DNA of 64,000 nt from Oculina patagonica (taxonomy: Eukaryota). The notes beneath the pieces are model-generated. The model was not told the DNA's origin, made no database searches, and saw only the letters and a list, made by a program, of their open reading frames with translations. The stretch spans positions 18,848,001 to 18,912,000 of the forward strand of contig NC_135767.1 of assembly GCF_052425735.1 (NCBI RefSeq), given 5' to 3'. Shown piece after piece: positions 21,701 to 31,500 of the stretch; within the stretch, counting starts at the first letter, position 1, and every line of letters starts with the position of its first letter. The translations under genes and the position numbers were made by a program.

Positions 21701-23615
21701 TTGACCGGTCGATAGCTTTACACCAAAAAGCTGAATAATGTAGCTAGCTCTGGGAGAAATTTCAAGTTCCTGCGGTTCTTCTGAGGTAAGAAATACAAGT
21801 TTACGTCAAAAGTGGCCGAGAACTGGGCCAAGGTGGCCGAGAACTGGGCCCACAAATGGAGCTTTTATTTTTATTATTGCTCGAGCAAATTAATTTTTGA
21901 CCGGTCGATAGCTTTACACCAAAAAGCTGAATAATGTAGCTAGCTCTGGGAGAAATTTCAAGTTCCTGCGGTTCTTCTGAGGTAAGAAATACAAGTTTAC
22001 GTCAAAAGTGGCCGAGAACTGGGCCCCATACTGTACTTTGCCCCGTAAGCTTTTTTCTCTGTCCTTCCGCCGAAGCAAAAAAACACAACCTGATTACACA
22101 TTAACCCAAAAGTCGACCAAGTGTGCCTGCAACGATTTCCTGTCAAAACTAAAATGAAAACCATTGCGGTATGCGTCACCCGTAGCGGTTTTGTAGCAAC
22201 CCTAAGCTATCCCCGTCTTTTTGGCCGCGCCAGGAGACTACGCTCTAGGACGACCAAAGGGTAAACTATAAATCGGCCACGCCCGATTAATAAATCACGT
22301 TATGATAATCTTGGGAGGCGCGGTGGCCTAATGGTTAACGCGCTGGACTCCAGATCGAGCGGTCCGGGTTCGAGCCTGGTCTCGGTCATTGCGTTGTGTT
22401 CTTGGGCAAGAAACTTTACTCCCATAGTGTCTCTCTCCACCCAGATGTATAAATGGGTACCGGCAAATTAATGCTGGAGGGTAACCCTGCGATGTACTAG
22501 CAACCCATCCAGGGGGAGTAGAAATACTTCTAGTCGCTTCATACTACAGAAACCGGGATAGGCCTGGCCTGTATGGGCCACTAGGCGCGAAGCAGACTAT
22601 ACCTACCCATCCATGATAATCACGTTAATGCCAGTTGCCACTAAATCGAAGAAACCACCCCCTCCCAAAAAAACAGTTTGCTAAAGTATAAAAACATCAC
22701 ATGCTAGGGGTAATTATAAACCCAAAAGAGACAAAAGCAACATGGATGGGTAGAGATTTCGAGGGATTACAAAAAGCGTACTTGAGAATTTTAAGCTATC
22801 TAGTTCCAAATGAGCTATTTGTGACGTAGGAAGGTCCAGAGAATGATGGTTCTGATTATGTCAGTCGGATATTATTTATTTCAACTTATTGACTGCTACG
22901 ACTGACAAGACATATCAATACCTTTGATGAACAAGTCATTATACTTAATATAGGTACCACTCAATCTTCAGCTGTTTCCTCGTGCAAGGCTCTCCGCAGT
23001 CATTATCCCCATCCTTCATCGGGTGTTTACTGGATTAATCCCGACGGTGGGTCCGAGAGCAACGCATTCCAGGCTTACTGTGATATGGAAACTGATGGAG
23101 GAGGTTGGACTCTAGTGTGGAGTTACACCTTTACTGATTACCAAAATTTTTGGACTGGCGCAAACGCGGTTACTCCAAGACCCGACTGGCAAGCCGAGTC
23201 TGATGTCAATGTTCCGGTCTCTACTACACCGCCATTGAATGAAATCGACTACAATGCCATGGCATTTACGTTGTGGCGTCAATTTGGAAAGGAGATCCTC
23301 ATCAAAAGCAACATCAACAATTGGCTGGTTTGTTCACCGGGCACAGGAAGTTTGGTTGAATGGAAAAATGGGAAAGTCCTTTGTAAGATCTTCAAGCGCG
23401 TGAGTGACACGTGCCTATATCGACCACCACCTTCAACGTTCAGAGGTCCTGGGTACTGCGGGCCACTCTTTAGTGAGGGACCCTCTAGTACACATTACTT
23501 TTACTTCGATGGTTGCAAAGGAATACACCTGCCCACACATGACCCCGGTGGACTAAACGGGGACAATGGTTTGAAAAACGAGAAAAATTCCCACGGAAAC
23601 ATTTTCGTTCGCTGA
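15798..23615 (+). CDS. PAN/apple + fibrinogen-like secreted protein, paralogue D (~328 aa; two conserved Cys lost)
   Basis: Putative ATG-only exon 15798-15800 (ATG|gtagga, low confidence), then 16461-16751 (TLQNTAVLILSLAVSIKA...CSQICARQDACKSASF...FYLEK), 16988-17018 (VTIATLPTIN-G) and 22954-23615 (GTTQSSAVSSCKAL...YCDMETDGGGW...SHGNIFVR*). The last intron is 5.9 kb and filled with TEs. Confidence 0.75.
16318..16441 (+). repeat. 62-bp tandem duplication just upstream of the paralogue D PAN exon acceptor
   Basis: CTGTTCAACGTTTACAGCGAAAAATGTGTGAAAATGGTTC.ACAG.AGGAATTAGCTCATGT occurs twice with 2 mismatches. Confidence 0.9.
18338..19239. mobile_element. Non-autonomous DNA element with 15-bp subterminal repeat arrays and an internal 143-bp-period duplication
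   Basis: Left end GACTGGACTGGACTAGTAAAACGCGGAC is inverted relative to the right array (TTTTAC[T/A]AGTCCGCG)n-AGTCCAGTCCAGTC at 19021-19221. The internal direct repeat is 18459-18582 / 18602-18725. Confidence 0.7.
20806..22033. mobile_element. Tc1/mariner (pogo-like) non-autonomous element with IR/DR-type ends
   Basis: TA target duplication and TIR CAGTATGGGGCCCAGTTCTCGGCCACTTT. The motif GTGGCCGAGAACTGG recurs internally, and there is a 196-bp tandem duplication at 21615-22006. Confidence 0.85.
22313..22606 (+). mobile_element. tRNA-derived SINE with MIR/CORE-like central region
   Basis: A box (TGGCCTAATGG), B box (GGTTCGAGCC), CORE-like TTCTTGGGCAAGAAACTTTACTC...GTATAAATGGG and a short TACC tail. 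Related copies lie at 50461, 58486 and 63540. Confidence 0.8.
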
Positions 23616-23915
23616 GATCCGTCGTTTAAGTCTTGGTCAAGTTTCTCGCTGTATGGCACCCTCCTTCACATGGACAACAATATAGTACCGGTAGAACTGG
23701 ATAACTTTTCGCACTCATAAATACCAGAATGCTCGTTTTATCATGTTTAAACTCCATTTGTTTTCAGGATGAACAGAACATGCACGAACCTGTCCCCCTC
23801 CCCGTTAGTTAGCCACAATTCTTTAGCTGAGTGTAAGATACGTTGGCGCCTTTCAAATTTTCACCGAGGCCGATTTTCACCAAAATTTTCACCAAAACCT
23901 ACCAGTTTTTGTTGG

Positions 23916-24039
23916 AGTAACAGTTACTATTATTTCGATGGCAATAAGTCGAAAGACTGGCATACCCATGATCCTTGTCTCCAAGCAGACCATGTGAAAC
24001 CATGTGATCCCACATGGCAATATTTTCATCCGAACCTGA
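23916..24039 (+). pseudogene. 3' relic of a fifth PAN/fibrinogen-like paralogue
   Basis: Reads SNSYYYFDGNKSKDWHTHDPC...HVK, then after a frameshift PHGNIFIRT*, matching the C-terminus of paralogues A and C. Confidence 0.75.
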
Positions 24040-25542
24040 CAAAGACGGGAAACTTGTATTGATGTTTCGTCGTGATTCTTATGGAAAAGCAACTAACAAT
24101 GAAAGTAATTTGAAATGTAAATAACCAACACTAGAATATTTTTCTATGTGTAACTTGGTATGCCGTAGTTAACAACCAGCGTTATTTACGATAACTTTAA
24201 TGATTTTTAGATCAAACTTGAATTAAACCACTTGACTTCGCTAAGTAGAAGAGCTAATGCTAAAAACGTCAGCTTTCTCAGATCATCTTAGTATACCAAT
24301 TAGTTAACCATAGCAGTTAATTTATGATAGTTTAAAAGAAAAACTTTTTAAATTGCTTATTACCTTAGTGTTACTCTTTTTCGCGGGACTTATTTTTTGC
24401 CATGTTCAAAAATTCGCGAAATTAAATAAGTGGTATTTTTGGGGGGAATGATAATGAAATGTTTAAGAGACACTGAACGTTTTTGACTGCACGTATTTAC
24501 AGCCATCGTCGGGTTGTCTAAGTGTTTCACTTGCTCGCCAATGCAATGCAAGTTTACATTTTAGTAGGCTACGGTATGAATTGTAAATAATTTCGACGAA
24601 TCCGTCGCATGTAGTTTAAACCATAGAAAATAATAATAAGCAGCTAATACAGTGGACTTAACTGCAGTAAGTTACTTAGTAAAACACGAGAGATAAGTTT
24701 CCCTTTACATGGTTACCACAGACATCAGTTTTTAAAATTCCCCGACTTTTCCCTGACAAAAATACTTTTCCCTGACCATTTTCTGACCTGTGGCTACCCT
24801 GCTATACGAACTACTTCTTTTAGTTTAAACGGTTAAAAAGGTAGCCCTTGATGAACAATGTTTTATGACGTCAGAAATAGTTATTATGGCGTCACTACAG
24901 GGTTAGGGAAAGGAAGTGAAGGGGTCGGGATATTTTTTTATTCTAATAGCTCCTGTGTATTGTACGTTTTTTTATGGTTATTCTTGGCAGCCAGTACTTT
25001 ATTTGTCTTTCCTGTAATAATGTTTTGGTTGTAAAATGAGTACAAATAGAGGTTGTCGTTCCCTTTACCATTTACTTTTTTAAATGGTTAAAAAAACTAG
25101 CCCTTGATGAACAATGTATATTTATTACGACGCCAGAAATAGGTATTATGCTGTCGCCACAAGGCTTATTTGATATCCTGATTAGCTTTCTTAAAATGAT
25201 AACATCTAGTACTTGCATGTCAGAACGTTATAAAAAGAAAGTAAGAGTAAGATGCAAGGACAGCCTGAAAAAGATAGAAAGAGAGAGGAAAGGAAAAGAT
25301 AACACACGATTGGATATTCAAAAAAATTGACACTACTCCATATTGAATAGCATATTTGTGCGTAAAAAAATTGCATTGTACAATCACAAAACCTGATTCT
25401 TCGAGAATTTTCTCATTTTGTATTTTGCATATGAACATTAGTAAAGATGGACCAGAAATAGCACATTATTAAAACACTTCTGATGCTATTAGCATAAAAC
25501 TATTAGAACTAACTTTCTAGCTACTCAGAAAAACCTAACTTA

Positions 25543-28500
25543 CTAGCTACTCAGCGCTTTTCTCTTCTTAGAAGTGTTCATGTAAGGTCGTAATCTCCAC
25601 TCCACGTCTGCTTCGTTTTGATCAACTGTTCCGAGCTTGATTTCGTAAACTGAAGGAGAATATAAAACAATTTACAATGGGAACAAGAGTGTACTTCTTA
25701 CATTGATTTGCCAACTTCTGCGAGTGGTCAATGAATCACAGCATTGCTTGGTTAGCAAGTATTTCTGCCTGTATAATGAAAGAATAGCAGAGTTGGAGAG
25801 CCGCTCAGGACTCATTTTGCCAACTTTTTGCTTTTCACAATAGACCATTCATGTTGGCTCTGCTTCAAAACGAGAGGGTAAGGGGGGTAGGGAGTTAAAA
25901 CTCCCTGCTTCCTGCTTCCTGTACCTTTCAGGTTCCTTACCATTGTCGGTTCCAGCCCCTCCCTTAGCGGTTCTTGCCTCTTTGTGCTACATTGTATTTT
26001 AATTGCAAAATAGTACACACTTTTCAAAAAATACATTTATTCCTCAATTTCTCCAGGTTCCTACCACCTTGGGAATCCCACTTGTCACCCTCTCTTCCCT
26101 GTCTCCTGTAAAGCTCCTGCCCCATTTACTTCACCCCTGCCCCCCCCCCCCCCCCAACCATATACTCATTTCCACCTCATACAAGATGTCTATTGTCTAA
26201 TACCCCCATTTACACCAGCAAAACATGTTTAGCTAAGCCAGGTTTAACAAAATGAAAACCAGCAACAGAAAACAGAAAGACTTAATTTTACATATGGTTC
26301 AAGTTAGCTCTAACTTGTGCTTTCATTGTGCTAGGTTTAAACTCGACAAACATTAGTTAGCAACTTCAATGAAGACACAATCATAAACCGTGCTTTAACA
26401 TGTTTTAGCTTTGGTGTGACTGGGGTATAAGATTCTAAAAGGTTACTCACATACACCCCAGCACAACAGAGATCAAAGATGTGCAGTCACATTATTGGAT
26501 GTTGCAGATACTGTCATAATGACTTGACATGCATATGCAACCACTCAGCCAAGACACTGAATGGACCACCACTTACAGTATTATTGTGAAATGTTTGGCT
26601 TTAATCTCACCAAGGTTCTCTAATGAGAAAGGAAGGAAATAACTTGAGGGAAGGAAATAATTTGCTCCTTTTCTCATGTGCAAGAAAAGTATTATGCAAC
26701 TTGCCTTTCATTTCAAATCTTGGTCCCACTTCTGTTAACTCAACCTGCCCATCTACTTTCTTGTATGTATGATGCCTGAGAAATACAAATGCACACATGT
26801 CACAAGTGAGGAGCTACATGACCATTTAAATGAAAAATGGTGGTCTGAGTTATGATAATGGCACACAGAAGAGATGAGGTTTCTTTGCATCTCCTCTGAT
26901 CCATCCCACATAGAGCCTGCTACTGTATAAAGGTTGCAAAAAAATGTAGTTCAGAACAACACAATTTACTTGGTAGCATTAACTGAACATACCGTATTTA
27001 CTCGAATAAGCGCCGGAAAAAAAGAGGAGAAAAAAGGCCCTCGAATAAGCGCCGCATTCGGGACAAAAAAATTTAATAAGCGCCGCCCCCGAATAAGCGC
27101 CGCAGTCCCGATGCGGCGCTTACTCGAGGAATTCCGTATAAACTAAAATAGCACTACAAAGAAGCTCTGAAACAGCCTTGGAAATTCCTTTTCATCATAA
27201 GCGATGTTTCACAGTTCAAAGTTATGTTTTACAGCTCGCCTATCAAAAATTCTAACAATATGCAGTTCTGTTAACGTTGTGAAGGCCGTGAGCTTTGTCG
27301 AGACAGCAAGTGCAACTACTCTCTTCCGTAAGATACGAATCCTGACAATCAAAAGATGCTTCTTTTATTTACTATAGAAGTTTCGTTTAGATTAGATTCT
27401 TTGCGGCGTCCAAATTGTAAATAAGCGCCACCCTCAAATAAGTGCCGCCCTCGAATAAGCGCCGCACTTGTGGCGTGAAAAATTAAATAAGCGCCGCGGC
27501 GCTTATTCGAGTAAATACGGTAATGTACATGTACAGTGTGAACAAAACAGCCCTGAGAAGCAAGGATGACCTAACAAGACAGACATAGAGCGGTTTTCAC
27601 TTGTGTGAAGAAAGTAAATTGCGTTTGCTTTGGTTTTGCGTTCACTACGCTCAGTAATTGGCTTAAAAATCTCGCGTCACTTTCTCAGCCAATCAGGGGT
27701 AAAACCAAAACCAATCATGACTCGCTCGCGCACGTTTTCCCACGCTTCATGCCAGTTACATGTTTTTGCTTTGAGTATTGATTGGTTCACTGGATTAACT
27801 GTATCCTTTGTGATAGGCCAGAGTAATTACTTTGGTTTTGGTTTAGGACACTCAATTGAAAACTGCTCTATTTGTATCTTATTACATATAGATGATCTTT
27901 CCACCCACAGCAAAGAAAACCTACACTGTAAGGCTCAAACCACAAAACTTAACATACTGTACCATAACAGTTCAAAGATCCAGAACTGAAACTCAGGGAT
28001 GTCGCTAAGGGCCGGCTGCCGGCTAATTTAACCGGCTGAAAGAGAACTAAAATCCGGCTGAAATATCACATGAAAACAAAGACTTAGGTAAACTTTAAGA
28101 GCTGTCAACAGAAACTTTAGCCAGCTAGGCTTGTTGATTAGCCGGTTTAGTAATTTCTTAGCTACATCCCTGGTCAAACTGGGACTTTTCAGGTTAAACT
28201 AAATGTACAGTGTATACATGTACATGTACATGCACGTTTAGTTTTAAATGTGTTTATCACCAACCTAAATGAGATATAATCCTCCTGGTTTCCAAATGTG
28301 ATTACTCTTCTGCTATCATCTTTGGGAACTGGATATAAATACTTTAAAATACTTTTTACCTGTTAACAAAAACAGAAGGTCACAGGGTTATTGTACTACA
28401 TGTATGTAGCCAGGTTAGACAGTGGAGATGATGTGAAACTTACCCTTTCTCCAAGTTTTGAATTGAAGTTATGAAATATCAAATGTGGATATGCTTCTGA

Positions 28501-31500
28501 CATTGTGCCAATCTTAGGAATATCGTGCCTCATTACTGTGTTTGATAAGGTGAAATATGCTGTTGGACCAAAAGGAAGATGTGATACTACAAGACCATCT
28601 GCAAAGAAATACCAGACAAAAAGTATTAAAATACACAGTGACAACTTTTGTGATGGCGTGGGTGGCACAGAGGCCTTAACTCTGTATTGAGAGGTCTCGG
28701 TTCCAAGCCCTGGCCAGGCACACAGTGATGGGTTCTAAGCAAAGGAGAAATAACATTTAATAGCAACACAAAGAGGAAAAGACTATCACTTTAAAATTTC
28801 CTGCATGCTGCAGTATTGGATTTTATGACATGTAATGGTTGCCGCTATTGTTAGAAAGCAGAGTATGCATGGTGTGAAACAATTGGGCTACCATTACATG
28901 TCATAAAATCGAAAATGGCAATGCACAGGAAATTTAAAAGCCAAAATCTTTTTTTGTTGCTATTACATGTATATATTTTTTTTTCCTTGTCCTGTAAAAT
29001 TTGAAATGAAGGCATTATTTCAAACAATTCCACATCAACAAGTGTTGTAAGAGTGGAGGTTCCCTTTAATGTTATCACACAAATTAAAAATTTGAATCCT
29101 TCAATACACACCGGGTTCTCCTCTGTGCTCATGAACCAATATTAGGTCTGTAACTTCATTAGCTTTGCAAGCATGAACCAGCTGACTCATTACATAGTTG
29201 CCACGGTTTAAACGTTGACTGTTGGGAAATATTAGCCGCAGTTCCTTGAAGACAAAAGGCAACAGTATTTTAAAAATTAATATCACATCTACAAAAATGC
29301 AATAACAATAACATGTACAAAACATATATACACTTCATAATTATATGTAATTCTAGTAAAACAGAGTTCAAATTGAACTTATCCTGGAAATTAATGTATT
29401 GGGTTATTCCAGAAAAAATACACACCCCCCGACGGATGGCAAAACATTTTGACCCCCCTCTCGCCCGGATTTCCCAGATTGCTAGACCCCCCCTCCCGCC
29501 CGGATTTCCATTTTTTTAAAGGCCCTAACTGGACACAACAGGCAACAGAAAAGACGCAACATTTCTTCCAAAAGATCCCTGTTTATTATGATTTTCAAAA
29601 CTAGGCTAATATTGCAAATTTTGCGGTTCAAATATCAACATTTCAAATCAGAATATTTAAACGATCGCGCGTGTGTTTGAGTGATCTCCGGTATACTCTC
29701 CTCGAAAAGGCCACTTGATTTTTCCGTCATACAACAAATGTACAAGATAAGAAATATGTAAGTCTTAAAACGTATGTAAATGTAAGAAAAAACACAGTGA
29801 AAAAAGTCCTTAATGCGCTAAAAAAGAAAAACTATAATTTCAGTTGTCGGTGACAAAGCAGCCTAAATTGGCGCGTGTTTACAAGATTGAGTTCCCGCTG
29901 TTAGGACTATTAGTGTGACATTTATAATTACTTGAGCTTATTAATAAAGCCTTTCGAACTACAATAATTTTAAATTTTTTACCTAATAGTATATCGTCCG
30001 TAGGTCAACTGGAACTCTTGCCTTTCTTTCAAAGAATTCAAGTTTTCATGCCGGCGTAATGTTCACGTTCTGGCTTTCATAAACTTGTTAACATATCGAT
30101 CGTAAGGCATGGATAATAAAGTGGAAGAAGCCAAATAATACACAAATTGTGTATACGCATGTTAGCGAGCAAAGCAAGTTCTTGGGTTGGCTAAAATAAA
30201 CAGAAAAGTACAACCTGCAGCCGGACCGATCGTCTTTTCTTCGCATTTTTTGAGGATGTTGCAAAGCATGGGCTCGGGTGGCCTGGGTACCGTAAAAATG
30301 TTCCAGGCGTTGCATGCTGGGTCAACAGTGTTTTTTCCGATCGTAAAGTTGTTGTTATCCATTTAACGCGCTGGTTCTTCATGAATAAAAGGTCCTATGA
30401 AGGTAAACTTGAAGCATATGAGGTGAGAACACCATAAACTGGAAGACTACGAGATTTTCTGAGGCAAACTTCTTCTTTTAAGTAGTAAAACATATCGATC
30501 GAGTTGAAGTTAAAAGTGACCCCCGAGGAAGAATTTTTAGGTTCAGACCCCCCCTTCCGCCCGGATTTCCCAAGCCATTAACCCCCCCCTCCCGCGAGAA
30601 TTTCCAGTTTGCCATCCGTCGGGGAGGTGTGTATTTTTTTCTGGAATAACCCATTCTGAGTTTCCTTACCTTAATTGAATCAACAACCTAAAACAGTTCT
30701 AGTACTTTTTATGTTATACATCCATACCTCCCTCCCTCCAACTCCTGGAAAGGTTGTAGGTTTGAAATCCCCAACTTCACCCCTCTAGAAGTTCAAGTTA
30801 AGCTTCATATTTTTTCTTTAAATAGTTTGGCTTGTGACAGTCCCACTTCTGGAAATTTTCAATGATCTCCCAAGTGGTGGGTAATAAAACTAATAATAAT
30901 TTAATTAAGTATAGAGCTAAAATTATGGAATGTATATATTTTGAAACTGCACAATGTAGATTCTTTACCTTGGCAAATTGTTTAAGCCTTGAGCTTGGAT
31001 TGTGAGAAGTTGTTATCATTATCTTTGGATCTTGTACTCCTGCCCAGGCATATTCATCATCCTGATGACTAGCTGACTCTGAAAAGACACACCAAAGAAG
31101 AGGTTTTCTTTTTGTTGTGGAAATCTTAATCACTTACACAGCTCATTGTTGGTGGTATGAAATGTAACTCAGATCTACTGAAGACGCATCCTCGGAGACC
31201 CAGGGGCAGTTAGTCGGGGCGACGAGTAGATCATCGGGACGACGAGATTTTCGGGTAACAGTTTACAACATAGAGCGTAACAGCCCCTGGGCACTTTGTC
31301 TTACCGAACCCGTTCCAGAAGCGTTTGAACTCCCTCTTTCTGATTGGCCAGAAAAACAGTTTTTCTGGCCAATTAGCGAGGCTGACCAGCACTTCACGGT
31401 TGACGTCTTCTTACACGAAGTTGTTTTCCTCATAGACATGCCATGTAAAAGCATCCGATTGAGGAAAACAACTTCTTGTAAGAAGACTCCAATCGTGAAG

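Noticed and set aside
21615-22030. Recurrent GTGGCCGAGAACTGGG motif resembling a CRISPR repeat
   Set aside because: The intervening sequences are identical duplicates inside a TA-flanked TIR element. The context is eukaryotic and there are no cas genes.
22313-22385. tRNA-like A/B boxes (also 58486-58560)
   Set aside because: No closed cloverleaf; the sequence continues into a SINE body.
23769-24062. 97-aa ORF preceded by an AG, as a possible alternative last exon
   Set aside because: The phase does not fit the phase-1 microexon donor, only a short part is homologous, and the tail is frameshifted.
24238-24273. Relic resembling a Penelope-type hammerhead (GCT...GAAGAGCTAATGCTAAAAACGTCAGC)
   Set aside because: Both catalytic core segments (CUGANGA and GAAA) are mutated, so it is at most a dead remnant.
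25509-25554. 20-bp direct duplication of the IMP4 stop-codon region
   Set aside because: The second copy lies in the 3' UTR behind two in-frame stops, with no coding consequence.
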